From the IMG/VR virus record IMGVR_UViG_3300027193_000501, positions 101,922-165,921 of that record: a stretch of DNA of 64,000 nucleotides; one strand, written 5' to 3'. Origin of the DNA: a virus (lineage: Duplodnaviria; Caudoviricetes). Below, in pieces: positions 1 through 10,401 of the stretch; the first letter of the stretch is position 1; every line of letters starts with the position of its first letter. Under the pieces are notes generated by a model. That model was not told the DNA's origin, did not search any database, and worked only from the letters and a program-made list of their open reading frames with translations. The position numbers and the translations under genes are program-made.

Positions 1-3000
1 GACAAACAATATAAAATTGATTCAGCTGTTAAATATTTACCTGATGGTCATGCTAAAAAACTATTTTCAGAATATTTATATTATCATTCTAATCCAGAAA
101 ATTTAGGTCAAATATTTAATGATCTTATGAATCTTTATGATTTAGCTGATTATTTTGAAAATTCATCGGAACTTCAAGCTTACTTAAATGATGCGTCTGC
201 ATTTGATTCTAAAATTCCTGAAATGAATAAAGAGGAAATTGTAAATTTCAAAAAAGCTGGATTATCTTTTTTACCTGGAAAAAATAACTACCAAGAACAA
301 CTTAACATCCGATGCCAAGATAATAAGATATATTATTTTATAAAAAATATTATTTTTTTTAGAGGCATACAAGAACCTGTTCAAATCAGCAACAATGTGT
401 TAGAACGATTGACTGCGCATTATTCTCCTGAACAAGTCAGAGTAATTTTTGATAATATTAAAAGTCTAATGAGAGATTCTGATGCAGAACATATCATCAG
501 AATAAATACAATACTTCCATTTGATCAAGCTATCGCTAAGTATAAAGAATTACAACATGATGGAACTGAACTAAACCTATATTACAAACAAGTTCTGGGC
601 AAAGATTATGAATTATTTAATTTAGAGCCTGATCAAGTAAACCAGACCCTATATTTAGTTTTGATAGAAGCTGACAAAGAAAAAGCAGAAATATACATAG
701 GATCATTATCTGATCTTTTAAATAATTATGTTAGAAGTGCTATCACAAAATCTAATGCTAAATATTTCTTGGATTATATTACACAATTTGACAGAGACTA
801 TGTTCAACAATATTTAAAAACTTATTATCTTTCTACTTACATCAAATTTCGCCCTGACAGATTACAAGAAATTCATCCTATTGAGATTCTGAAGCATAAT
901 AATCCTGACATTGTTTTAGCCTATCATAAATCTAATCCAGAATTTTCAAGCTTAAGTGTAGATGATATTGAAAAGTATTCAGAATTTTATAAAAATAATT
1001 CAAATGCTGTAGATATTCCATATAAAGATTTAGAACCTCATATTGCAAATAAGAATGTTCAAAATTATATTTTGTTTGGTTCTACTGACCCTAATAAAGC
1101 TAAAATAGCTGACAAGATTTATAAAGCTAACAGTTATAGATCAAGAGAAATCGCAGCTCGTTTTAAAGACAGTGATATTATCGATATATCTAAGATAGGT
1201 TTACTAAATATAAGTAATCCAAGATTTGCACATTTATCATTAACTGAATTAAATTTACTTTCTGATAAAGTAAACCATTTTGAGACATTAGAAAGAATTA
1301 AATTAGTTAAAGATAGTTTCAAGAATCCTAGAAATACAGCATATCATAACTTTGAAGAAGGAAGTGCTGATTACAATAAGCTCTTATATATTTTATTTCA
1401 TAATTATGATCTAAGAGGGCGAAATCCTCAATTGCTTATCAAACTTTTAGATCTTCATGCAAAAGATGAAATGATAACAGAATTAGGACTAGATGATGTT
1501 AATCATATGATCCGTAATAGGGTTGCTTGTGATTTACCAAATATTAATGTTTCAGATGCAAAAATACATGTAAGAAATAGAAAAACTATTATACATGATA
1601 TAGAAGTTAAAGTATACAATAAATACCATACAGCAATTAAAGCACAAAACACTGAGATCGCTAAATATCCTATAAATCAAATATTAGATTTCGTAACAAA
1701 ATATGATAATGCTTTAAATACAGATGAAGATGCTGAAAGTTATTTACCTAAAGGTGTAACAGCTAATCAAGCTGGTGATGCATTGCAAGCTATAAATGAT
1801 GGGCATGGTTTATTAATTTATTTAAATAGAGAATCAATGATAAAATTTTATAAATTAATAATGGATAAAATTATTGGGATTAATCCTGATTATTCTGACT
1901 CTACTACTAAACTTATGCCTATATATGCAGCAACAGCTGCTACTGCAGATATAAATTATTATTTACCTGATGTCATAACAGAAGATTTTATAAAAGAAAT
2001 TACAAGTACTCAAATTCCCAATAAATTAAATATAGACTTTTCAAAAGCTGAAGTAAGGTTAAATTCAAATACACAACTAGAATATGTAAATGAATCTATG
2101 GCACTTCTCAGATTATTTAATAAATCATTACCTAATTTTCTTGATAAATTTATTATCGCATCAGGAAAAGATTACGGTAAGATATTTAAATTTTCGGAAA
2201 TGGATGATTATGTTCAAAGTATTGTAATACATTCTGCTGCGCAAAAGTTTGACAAAATTGATCCTGGTCCGGGTTTATCTGATTATATCATTCAGCAAAT
2301 GAATAATAAAAATTTATTTCAACTTGCTAAAGTAGCGAGAATGTGGAATAAAGAAATAAATATTGCTGATGAAAAAATGAGTATAGCCTCCAAATCTCTC
2401 GTGTCTGAATTATCTAAAATGTATGATGTAAGTGAACTCTCTGATTTAATTAAAACTTCATCATCATTAATTTTCTTCAGTAAGATTGAAGTGCAAGAAC
2501 CTAGATTAGCAAAAGAATTTGATAAACATTTTGAATTTTCTGATAAACCGGATTTTCATGATCATTTAGGTATGGATGAAAATGATAGATTATTAAAAAT
2601 GTATCAAAATATAGAAATATTATACAAACATAGAACTAACTTTCCTCAGCCAGAGTGGTCAGATATTGAAGAAGAATATTACGGATATACAGCTAGATTC
2701 TTACACAGAAATGACACAAGAGGTATGTTTATAGGAAATTATGCTGGATGCTGTCAACATCCAGATAGTTATGCTGCAACTCTTGCATTAGATGGTCAAA
2801 TATCAGATAAATCTTCGTTCTTTATAATAGAAGATCAAAAAGGTCAAATGATCCTGGGTAGTTATGTTTGGGAAGATGATAACGGCAATATCTGTTTTGA
2901 TAGTTTTGAAACAATTGGAAGCAAATTATTCGGTAGCGTAGAAGCACAAACAATAGTTGACAAACTTATTTATGATGTAGCAAAAAAAATGAACACTAAT

Positions 3001-3201
3001 GTTAATTTTGGTTCTCAATCTAGCGGTGCATATAGACCAAGACAATTTAAGAAAGACACAAAAACACCATTTAAGAATAACGCTAGACCATGGGAAAATC
3101 CATACGTAAAAACTATATTAGATTTAAATTCAAAACAAATTAATACTAAGGACTTGTATGTAGCTGATTCTGAAAGCCAAATAATTATTATTCAACGATA
3201 A
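1..3201 (+). CDS. Large phage protein, 5'-truncated; C-terminal 'GxxxxCCQ...W...DSxE' (PcfJ/GNAT-like) domain
   Basis: Frame is open from base 1; C-terminal motif FIGNYAGCCQ...SYVW...FDSFE is shared with 17481..19856. Confidence 0.7.
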   Translation, partial: DKQYKIDSAVKYLPDGHAKKLFSEYLYYHSNPENLGQIFNDLMNLYDLADYFENSSELQAYLNDASAFDSKIPEMNKEEIVNFKKAGLSFLPGKNNYQEQLNIRCQDNKIYYFIKNIIFFRGIQEPVQISNNVLERLTAHYSPEQVRVIFDNIKSLMRDSDAEHIIRINTILPFDQAIAKYKELQHDGTELNLYYKQVLGKDYELFNLEPDQVNQTLYLVLIEADKEKAEIYIGSLSDLLNNYVRSAITKSNAKYFLDYITQFDRDYVQQYLKTYYLSTYIKFRPDRLQEIHPIEILKHNNPDIVLAYHKSNPEFSSLSVDDIEKYSEFYKNNSNAVDIPYKDLEPHIANKNVQNYILFGSTDPNKAKIADKIYKANSYRSREIAARFKDSDIIDISKIGLLNISNPRFAHLSLTELNLLSDKVNHFETLERIKLVKDSFKNPRNTAYHNFEEGSADYNKLLYILFHNYDLRGRNPQLLIKLLDLHAKDEMITELGLDDVNHMIRNRVACDLPNINVSDAKIHVRNRKTIIHDIEVKVYNKYHTAIKAQNTEIAKYPINQILDFVTKYDNALNTDEDAESYLPKGVTANQAGDALQAINDGHGLLIYLNRESMIKFYKLIMDKIIGINPDYSDSTTKLMPIYAATAATADINYYLPDVITEDFIKEITSTQIPNKLNIDFSKAEVRLNSNTQLEYVNESMALLRLFNKSLPNFLDKFIIASGKDYGKIFKFSEMDDYVQSIVIHSAAQKFDKIDPGPGLSDYIIQQMNNKNLFQLAKVARMWNKEINIADEKMSIASKSLVSELSKMYDVSELSDLIKTSSSLIFFSKIEVQEPRLAKEFDKHFEFSDKPDFHDHLGMDENDRLLKMYQNIEILYKHRTNFPQPEWSDIEEEYYGYTARFLHRNDTRGMFIGNYAGCCQHPDSYAATLALDGQISDKSSFFIIEDQKGQMILGSYVWEDDNGNICFDSFETIGSKLFGSVEAQTIVDKLIYDVAKKMNTNVNFGSQSSGAYRPRQFKKDTKTPFKNNARPWENPYVKTILDLNSKQINTKDLYVADSESQIIIIQR

Positions 3202-3406
3202 TACATTCTGCTTCATCATGTCTTAAAATAATGTAATATCCTCTGATAAGTATTTCTATCGGGCCTTTATTATTTATATGTCTCACTATCATAACTATGG
3301 TATTTTTAGTAAATCCAAGTTCAGACAATCTATTTCTAAAAGGCCCAACAACAGACGTTACTTTATATTCATGACCATCTGTCCCGCAGCATAATTTTGT
3401 AGACAT
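3188..3406 (-). CDS. feoA: FeoA-domain protein
   Basis: RNRLSELGF...GPIEILIRGYYIILRHDEAECIIVE is the typical FeoA SH3-like pattern; start placed at MSTKL. Confidence 0.8.
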   Translation of the reverse strand: MSTKLCCGTDGHEYKVTSVVGPFRNRLSELGFTKNTIVMIVRHINNKGPIEILIRGYYIILRHDEAECIIVE

Positions 3407-3514
3407 ATTAGTATATTCTATTTTATTGTGAGCTGTAGACGGTTTAGCAAGAAGAAAATCAAACACAGGTCTATAATATCATAATCCTGTAAAATATAGT
3501 AGGACAAAACAATT

Positions 3515-6028
3515 ATGTGGTATCAAAAAATAGTAGAAGCTGGTGCGTTAGATGAGTTGGCTGGTGGAATGGATACTAGTAAATCACCAGAAGATATATT
3601 ATGGGAAATACGACATAATTATTCTATTTCAAAATTACCAAATTTTGAACATCTTTATAAATATCTTCTTGACTTGATTGACAACAAGTATACGAGTGAT
3701 TATTTAACATCTGTTATAACACACTTGATTTATATGTATTCGAAAGATGCTGAAACTGTACATAGAGCTAATAGATTAGTTCCGTTAATGATAAAGAATA
3801 ATAAAATTTCTCAAAACGAAGAAATGATGTTATTGCCTGACACTTTCTCACATATGGGTAGTACATTAGAGACACATAACACTGTATATAATTTCGGATA
3901 TAATAAACTCTTAGCATACACAAAAGAAGGCATTGATCTTCCAAAGCGTGTTCGTATATATATAATGATGAATATGGACACACTATCTAGTTCAAGCATG
4001 CAACAGAGTGAAGCAAGAACAGAAATTAAAAAATATATTACGGATAAAGATCCTATGTATGAATTTCTTAATGCTGATAAATATTCTGGAGAACAAATAC
4101 TTAAAAATATTATTGATAACATACAATCAGATGCTGGTAGGCAACTTTATTATGATGTTGTCCAATATTCTGGATTACCTATTGACGATTATTTATATTT
4201 ATTAGATGAAGCTCACAATGAAAGAGTAATGGATGATCTACCCAAAGTTTATGATCTTTTAATAAATGATCAAAAATTTGATAAATATATAGAATATTTA
4301 GATAAAAATAAAAATAAATTTAGTCCAGAGCATTTTGAAAATAGATTCGTTGGTGCTTTCAAATACGGAATGACTTATTTTATGGGTGATTTTTGGTATG
4401 AAATATTTAAAAACAATAGACAAATTATAAATGAAAAAATTTATCCTTCTTGTGAATATTATTACAAACCTTATTTACACAGATTAGGTGTTGGACCGAA
4501 AGAAGAAATAATCAAAGAATACATAAAAGCTTCATTGGAAAATAAAGATTTAGCAAATAGGAAATTTAAAGAAATACCCACAAAAGAAGAAATTGATGCT
4601 TATGTGCAAAAAAACTCTGAAAAACTTAATTCATATCAGTCTCAACGAGCTCAAAATACACAAACTCAAAATACAACACCACAAAGTGCTAATTCTCCTA
4701 TACTCGATATATTTCAAAAAAATCTACAAAATGGATATATTGAAAAACATGATATTACTGGAGAATATGAAAAATTACTAAATGATATTCTAAATTCATT
4801 TGGATTCAATTCAGATGATCAAAATATCATAAGTGATATTAAATCAAGATTAAAGATTTATGTATTTAAAAATTCTGAATTTTATAAAGATTTATTAAAT
4901 ACATCACTTCAAGAATATGGTTTTATCACACCTACATTAATGAACTCTTGTGGATATTTTGTTCCTAGATTTTCGGATAACAATAATGGTCCTTCAATAT
5001 TTATCAACGAATTTATATCTGAAGACTATGTAAATAGTGACAATATTATTAACAATCTTGGAATAACCAAAGACATGATTAATATGTCTACAGCTGCTCA
5101 TGAATTAGCCCATTTAGCAGATTATGTTATCAAAGGCGGATCAGAAGTATTCAGTAATGTAGATCCTAAAACATCCTTAAAAGAAGGCGAAGCATACAAT
5201 CAATCTAGATTGTATTTATCAGACATTAGAGAAATTGTTGCAAGAGTATATGGAAATACTTCTTATATGATTGAAATTCTGCATAAAAGAATTGAAGAAA
5301 TGAGAACATCGGAAATCATTAGAAAAGCTGTTGTAGAAGAATTATCAGATATGCTGATGAGTAATGAAGCAAGCTGGTTGAATGCTACTCCTATGGTATC
5401 TGAACAAAAACTTCAAGAATGGGCAGAAAAAAGATTTGGACCTTATGAAAATTCTGAACAACCTTATACCCAAGCTACTGAAGATTACCTAAAACAAAAA
5501 CAACTAGCAATTAAATTTTATGAAGAAGCTGGTAAGGTCAATCGAGAAGACATAAAAAAAGCTACTATCGAAGAAATACAATCATTAGAAGATCAAGCTG
5601 AAATATTAAAAACAAGAGTAAGTGAAGATAGCGAAGAATATAAAAAACTTCAAGAAGACATCAAAAAGTTAAAATTAAAAATCAGAAATATTGAAGCGGG
5701 TGCATTTGATCATGATATTTATACTATCGTTAAATCTGTAGCGTCTTATATAGCATTTAAAGATATCAAAATAACTAATGAAATAGCTGCTGATCCTAAT
5801 TATGTTTCTCCAATATCAATTAGAAAAGACCAGATGGCCGCAAATACAACGGGAGATACAACACCACTTTCAAATCAAGAACTTAAAACTATGAGAGATT
5901 TTGATTTAGGACAGGTCGCTCAAGGTACAGAAGGTGGTAAAACTTTAAAAGAACCTAAACCTTCATTTATGTCATATGATATCTATAATCCTAAATGGAG
6001 AGAAGAATATCCAGACACATTCAAATAA
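3515..6028 (+). CDS. Large protein with zincin-like HExxH motif; MWY leader
   Basis: AAHELAH plus downstream E (REIVAR); C-terminal coiled coil. Confidence 0.6.
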   Translation: MWYQKIVEAGALDELAGGMDTSKSPEDILWEIRHNYSISKLPNFEHLYKYLLDLIDNKYTSDYLTSVITHLIYMYSKDAETVHRANRLVPLMIKNNKISQNEEMMLLPDTFSHMGSTLETHNTVYNFGYNKLLAYTKEGIDLPKRVRIYIMMNMDTLSSSSMQQSEARTEIKKYITDKDPMYEFLNADKYSGEQILKNIIDNIQSDAGRQLYYDVVQYSGLPIDDYLYLLDEAHNERVMDDLPKVYDLLINDQKFDKYIEYLDKNKNKFSPEHFENRFVGAFKYGMTYFMGDFWYEIFKNNRQIINEKIYPSCEYYYKPYLHRLGVGPKEEIIKEYIKASLENKDLANRKFKEIPTKEEIDAYVQKNSEKLNSYQSQRAQNTQTQNTTPQSANSPILDIFQKNLQNGYIEKHDITGEYEKLLNDILNSFGFNSDDQNIISDIKSRLKIYVFKNSEFYKDLLNTSLQEYGFITPTLMNSCGYFVPRFSDNNNGPSIFINEFISEDYVNSDNIINNLGITKDMINMSTAAHELAHLADYVIKGGSEVFSNVDPKTSLKEGEAYNQSRLYLSDIREIVARVYGNTSYMIEILHKRIEEMRTSEIIRKAVVEELSDMLMSNEASWLNATPMVSEQKLQEWAEKRFGPYENSEQPYTQATEDYLKQKQLAIKFYEEAGKVNREDIKKATIEEIQSLEDQAEILKTRVSEDSEEYKKLQEDIKKLKLKIRNIEAGAFDHDIYTIVKSVASYIAFKDIKITNEIAADPNYVSPISIRKDQMAANTTGDTTPLSNQELKTMRDFDLGQVAQGTEGGKTLKEPKPSFMSYDIYNPKWREEYPDTFK

Positions 6029-6030
6029 AT

Positions 6031-6060
6031 AAAAGCCAGAGAATATTCTCTGGCTTTCTT
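6031..6060. terminator. Bidirectional intrinsic terminator
   Basis: aaagccagagaa-ta-ttctctggcttt between convergent genes. Confidence 0.75.
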
Positions 6061-6061
6061 A

Positions 6062-6316
6062 TTATTCGTCAAATATTATCCAATCATCATTAACAATATC
6101 TTGAAGGTATGGACAATAAGCTTCAATACCATCCTGAAGATTGATTAAGAAAAATGTAGCATAATCAATCTCACTGGTATCTACAATAGTTTCATCAAAT
6201 TCACCCTCATCATCTTGTTTTGTATTACCTAAAGCAATCCAAGATACTTCATCCCAGCAAGTTCTACGAGCTTTGTATCCTTGCTTCAAATATTTAAGAG
6301 TCTGCACAAATTTCAT
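6062..6316 (-). CDS. Tad2/DUF2829-like protein
   Basis: MKF..L..LKQGYKARR..W ... YCPYLQDIVNDDW. Confidence 0.75.
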   Translation of the reverse strand: MKFVQTLKYLKQGYKARRTCWDEVSWIALGNTKQDDEGEFDETIVDTSEIDYATFFLINLQDGIEAYCPYLQDIVNDDWIIFDE

Positions 6317-6384
6317 ATCTCACCTCTATGTATCTATTATATCATAGAAAGGTCATAAATGATTATATCTGTAAAAAAAGAACT

Positions 6385-6948
6385 ATGTGGTACAGATACG
6401 CAGCAATTACAATTAACAATAAAGAAATTCCAGAAGAAGATTTTTTTAATTCTTTTTCCAATGTTGCTTCTAATGAAAATGAACAACACTTCTGGATAGT
6501 AAATGGTGAGAAATATGCACCACCTAAAAATTATGGTCATCAACATACTTCAATGATGTTAAAATTAAAACATGGAATGATGCCAGGTGATGCAGATTTT
6601 GAAGAACATCCTATTGAATTTGTAGGGAGAGGCTTAGGACAATTTGCTCAAGGCGGAACAGTCAGAGTTACTAAAATGATAGATATGGCTGACATAACTA
6701 TCTATGGCCCAACAAATGATCTCACCCTAAATAATATTATAAAATTTGTTACTCCAGATTCAATCAACAAATGGGAAATATTAAATGTACCTAATAATCC
6801 GCATGGCAGAGGCTTTGATTCCTTAAAACAATCTATAAACAATCTCTCATTACAAAATACCACAAATGTAAAAGAAGATATTAATATTGCCCCTATACAA
6901 AGAGTTGATAATACACAATCTTTCTATAAAGGAAGATCAGGAGACTAA
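6385..6948 (+). CDS. Hypothetical protein, MWY leader
   Basis: Start reassigned to MWYRYAA by analogy with neighbours. Confidence 0.65.
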   Translation: MWYRYAAITINNKEIPEEDFFNSFSNVASNENEQHFWIVNGEKYAPPKNYGHQHTSMMLKLKHGMMPGDADFEEHPIEFVGRGLGQFAQGGTVRVTKMIDMADITIYGPTNDLTLNNIIKFVTPDSINKWEILNVPNNPHGRGFDSLKQSINNLSLQNTTNVKEDINIAPIQRVDNTQSFYKGRSGD

Positions 6949-6951
6949 GAT

Positions 6952-7650
6952 ATGTGGTACAGGACAGCAATTGATTTTGGAAAATTATTTGGTATTGAAC
7001 AACCACAACAAACAAATACTCCTGAACCTATGGAAAAACCCGGAGTGCCTGATGATGTTTTTAGAGAAGTGGTGAGATCAAATATCCCTGATCCAGTAAA
7101 TCAAATAGATCATTCCAAAGGCGATTATCATTTAATTCTCACTGGAACTGGAGCTATTCATCAAGGTTCAAGCCATAGCAACTATATAGATAAAATATTA
7201 GATCAATCTCGTAAAAGTCTTCGTAATAATCCAGAAATATCAGAAAAATATAATATCAGAAACTTGCCAGACAAAGCTTATGGTCCAATGGATTATGCAG
7301 AAAGAATAAATTTTGATTCTGGACCTGATCAACCTTTTTTAGCACAAGAAGATGCTGTCACTGAAATTCTACATGATTATTTTGACAAAGGTATAAGAAT
7401 CAGTCACATGGGTTCAATGATGTCTGTAAATTCTGTACACGTTCCAACATATACACAAATGCAAAAGTTATTTGAAATTATTAATTTAATACAACCCGCA
7501 AATATAAGATTTAAAATTAATACTGGAAAAGGTTTGTTTGATAGAGTATATAATGTAAATAAAGTTGCTGATTTTAAAAATGACATTAAAGATTTTGAAA
7601 TGAATAGAAAAAAAATACCATCTCTTATGAGTCAATGGAGAGATTATTAA
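6952..7650 (+). CDS. Hypothetical protein, MWY leader
   Basis: 232 aa ORF, tightly packed operon. Confidence 0.7.
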   Translation: MWYRTAIDFGKLFGIEQPQQTNTPEPMEKPGVPDDVFREVVRSNIPDPVNQIDHSKGDYHLILTGTGAIHQGSSHSNYIDKILDQSRKSLRNNPEISEKYNIRNLPDKAYGPMDYAERINFDSGPDQPFLAQEDAVTEILHDYFDKGIRISHMGSMMSVNSVHVPTYTQMQKLFEIINLIQPANIRFKINTGKGLFDRVYNVNKVADFKNDIKDFEMNRKKIPSLMSQWRDY

Positions 7651-7651
7651 T

Positions 7652-8011
7652 ATGTGGTATAGAATATCAGCAGACAATATAGATATCAAAAAAACATGGA
7701 CAAAAACATCAAATAACCAAGAATCAAATGAAGAATGGCTAGAAAGACATAAAGTAGATAGAGAAGGCGATAAATACGTTTTTTATCATGGCTCTAGATT
7801 AGACTTAGAAGAGCTTAGATCAGGCTCTTTATTAGCTACATCTCCACAAGAAGCTGAAGATTTTGGTAATACTAACTTTTGGAATGATAAAAGAAAAACA
7901 TTCAAAGTATATAAAGTAGTAGTAAATGCGGATGAAATACACCCAGGATATTGGGCTAGTCTTGTAAATGATCATCCAGTAGAAATATTATATAAGAAAA
8001 GAAATATATAA
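7652..8011 (+). CDS. Putative ADP-ribosyltransferase-like fold protein, MWY leader
   Basis: VFYHGS...LATSPQEAEDF...VYKV resembles the ART-like H-G-S/T strand pattern. Confidence 0.4.
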   Translation: MWYRISADNIDIKKTWTKTSNNQESNEEWLERHKVDREGDKYVFYHGSRLDLEELRSGSLLATSPQEAEDFGNTNFWNDKRKTFKVYKVVVNADEIHPGYWASLVNDHPVEILYKKRNI

Positions 8012-8012
8012 A

Positions 8013-8240
8013 ATGTGGTATTCATTAGCTGCTAGAACTAAAACATATATCTACAATGAAGAAGAAAAAACATTGGCTGAACATTTAGAAGATATATTCC
8101 CTTATGCAAATTCGGTAGATATATATTATCTTAAATCAAATGTTCAAAAATTAGCTATGAATGATGAAGATGTAATTAGAATACTCAGAAAAGCAGATTA
8201 CGGAGATATTTTTCCTACATATCAAAAAAGATGTAGATAG
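8013..8240 (+). CDS. Hypothetical protein, MWY leader
   Basis: 75 aa ORF starting MWYSLAA. Confidence 0.6.
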   Translation: MWYSLAARTKTYIYNEEEKTLAEHLEDIFPYANSVDIYYLKSNVQKLAMNDEDVIRILRKADYGDIFPTYQKRCR

Positions 8241-8243
8241 TAT

Positions 8244-8690
8244 TTACCACCAAAGTTCAAACCATAATTTAGAAAGATAGTCTACTGCTTTTCTAACATC
8301 ATCAGTAAGTTGCTTTCTTTCTTCAATATCAGTAGATTCATAATATTTATTAGTAGTATAATAGTTTTCAAAAGCACTAATGATGAAATTTAGTTTTTCA
8401 TTATAAGATTCTACTGTCTCACCAGTAGGGATACCATTATTAACTTCAATAAATCTCTTGAGTCTAGGAATAATAAATAATGCCATAGTGCGGTCAATAT
8501 GCCACGTTTCAGTGTCGTCAAAACCATTCTCAAATCTTTGTTGCTTGTACATTTCAAGTGTTGTAGGGTCCTTGCCATAACATTCTTCTGCAACACTGAA
8601 ATTAATATTCTTAAGACCCTCTGGCTTTATAGATAATTGCAAGTAGTCTTTTGATTTCTTCAAGGTCGATTTTGATTTGTTTTCGCTCAT
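8244..8690 (-). CDS. Conserved hypothetical phage protein
   Basis: GFDDTETW..D..MA.FI.PRL motif; C-terminal LWW. Confidence 0.65.
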   Translation of the reverse strand: MSENKSKSTLKKSKDYLQLSIKPEGLKNINFSVAEECYGKDPTTLEMYKQQRFENGFDDTETWHIDRTMALFIIPRLKRFIEVNNGIPTGETVESYNEKLNFIISAFENYYTTNKYYESTDIEERKQLTDDVRKAVDYLSKLWFELWW

Positions 8691-8998
8691 CCAAGATCTT
8701 CCGCTTTTCTAAAATATGCTGATGCTGTACGAATAGCCCAAGCACATAATGCACCAAGAATAAAATCAGAAGTTAATCCACCAATCTTATTCCATGTAGA
8801 AATACCAATCATAATTCCACCAACCATGAGAAGCCAGCCCATAGTACGTAGGTCATCGATTTTAGATTTTACTGTTTTTTCATGAACAACTAGCTTTTCA
8901 ATTCTATCTTGTTCTTCAGGGGATAACTGCAAAAAATCAGCTACAGAACCTACTTGAAATCCAGCTTCTTCTAATCGATTTTTCTTATCTTCATTCAT
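8687..8998 (-). CDS. Membrane protein with antitoxin-like N-terminal segment
   Basis: KKNRLEEAGFQVGSVADFLQLSPEE followed by two hydrophobic helices. Confidence 0.55.
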   Translation of the reverse strand: MNEDKKNRLEEAGFQVGSVADFLQLSPEEQDRIEKLVVHEKTVKSKIDDLRTMGWLLMVGGIMIGISTWNKIGGLTSDFILGALCAWAIRTASAYFRKAEDLG

Positions 8999-9401
8999 CT
9001 TCATTAGCCTCTTCAGAATCACCGTTAATAAAATCAATCAAATCTCCAGGAACCATATCCCACATTAGACCTTTTTCTTCAATCGTTTCTGTATCCCATT
9101 GGTCTAACTGGTCTAGCCAATCTGTATAGTCCTCATATTCTTCATCGAATTTTTCCTGAAGAGTATCAAAGTCTAATTGGAATTCTTTCTTGTAAAACTT
9201 CATAGCTTTATCAAAAATACCACAGTCAGAATCAATCTCCAAATAAGCATAACCCTCTTCGTTGAGAGTATCATTACTATTACCAAGATAAGAATATTCT
9301 GAAATAGCTTCGATAATATTAAGCTCGTTCAATAATTCTAAACTGACTTTCCAATAATCATGTCTATAGCAATCAATCGCCGGAATCGTAATCTTGCTCA
9401 T
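8991..9401 (-). CDS. Acidic hypothetical protein
   Basis: ORF coupled within the operon. Confidence 0.6.
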   Translation of the reverse strand: MSKITIPAIDCYRHDYWKVSLELLNELNIIEAISEYSYLGNSNDTLNEEGYAYLEIDSDCGIFDKAMKFYKKEFQLDFDTLQEKFDEEYEDYTDWLDQLDQWDTETIEEKGLMWDMVPGDLIDFINGDSEEANEDE

Positions 9402-9826
9402 TAATCTTCCCATTTCTTTAGCATATCAATAATTACATGCTCAGGAACATTATGCGTTCTTTTTTGTCTTTCCGCAAGCTCTTTAATAAAATCATCTGAA
9501 TAATTTGTAGGATCTAAAGTTTCAAATTTTACTTCATATCCTAATTCTTCAGCAGCATCAATATATTTTTCATATTGCCAACGCTGAACATTAGTATTAT
9601 CGATTATTACAGGAGAAACACCATCCTTCATAGATTGAATGGCTGCTTCTAAATTTTGCTGATGATAATCCTTAATTTTGTCAGGATTAAATTTGTATTC
9701 ACCTGTATTTGGATCTGTTAAGAAAGAATCTGTAGAATGAATAACACCCTCTTCTAATAATTCTTTTGCTCTTGTTGATTTACCACTTCCAGGTAAACCT
9801 CTCATAATAATTAAAGTTTTATTCAT
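9401..9826 (-). CDS. AAA_33 P-loop (polynucleotide kinase-like) protein
   Basis: MRGLPGSGKST, VIIDNTN, HNVP motifs. Confidence 0.85.
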   Translation of the reverse strand: MNKTLIIMRGLPGSGKSTRAKELLEEGVIHSTDSFLTDPNTGEYKFNPDKIKDYHQQNLEAAIQSMKDGVSPVIIDNTNVQRWQYEKYIDAAEELGYEVKFETLDPTNYSDDFIKELAERQKRTHNVPEHVIIDMLKKWED

Positions 9827-9828
9827 AA

Positions 9829-9981
9829 TTATTCTTCTCTCTTTTTTGCCATTTTAACAAGCTTGATTATAATATTAACTAGTAAGGCAATTATTGCAAC
9901 AGGTATTGCTAGCAAAACAATTAAAATAAAAGGTCCAAAAGGAATTATAAGCCAATGAGCAGTGTTAAGAAAATCTTCCAT
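9829..9981 (-). CDS. Small membrane protein (50 aa; absent from ORF track)
   Basis: MEDFLNTAHWLIIPFGPFILIVLLAIPVAII... fills the operon gap exactly. Confidence 0.55.
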   Translation of the reverse strand: MEDFLNTAHWLIIPFGPFILIVLLAIPVAIIALLVNIIIKLVKMAKKREE

Positions 9982-9982
9982 A

Positions 9983-10195
9983 TTATTCGTCACTACATAC
10001 TTTCTGTGGCTTGATTTCTAAACTATAAGCCACTTTTTCTTCTTCAAAACAATATCTCAAAGCTTCAAGAAATTCTTTTCTATCATTGTAATAAAGGGAT
10101 TGAAGCATCTTAACCATCTCTTCTTCTGGCACTTCTGAATCTTCATCAGCAGTAATATCAATATCAAAAGATAAGTTTAATCTGTACTTAGGCAT
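9983..10195 (-). CDS. Hypothetical protein
   Basis: ORF within the coupled operon. Confidence 0.55.
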   Translation of the reverse strand: MPKYRLNLSFDIDITADEDSEVPEEEMVKMLQSLYYNDRKEFLEALRYCFEEEKVAYSLEIKPQKVCSDE

Positions 10196-10401
10196 TCTAC
10201 TATTTCCCAATCATCACTCAAAAATTCAGTAGCATCAACAACTTTACTAGTCCAAATAAGTCTTCCGCCAAAACCCCACCTTATTTCATTATGTTGATCT
10301 AAAACACCAAGCATCTGAAACAAATACTCGCCTTTTTTCCAATGAATTCTTCGCACTTGATATCCTTTACGAATTGCTTTAAGTGCTTTTATTCCAGTCA
10401 T
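10177..10401 (-). CDS. Tad2/DUF2829-like protein
   Basis: MTGIKALKAIRKGYQVRRIHW...EFLSDDWEIVE. Confidence 0.7.
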   Translation of the reverse strand: MTGIKALKAIRKGYQVRRIHWKKGEYLFQMLGVLDQHNEIRWGFGGRLIWTSKVVDATEFLSDDWEIVECLSTD

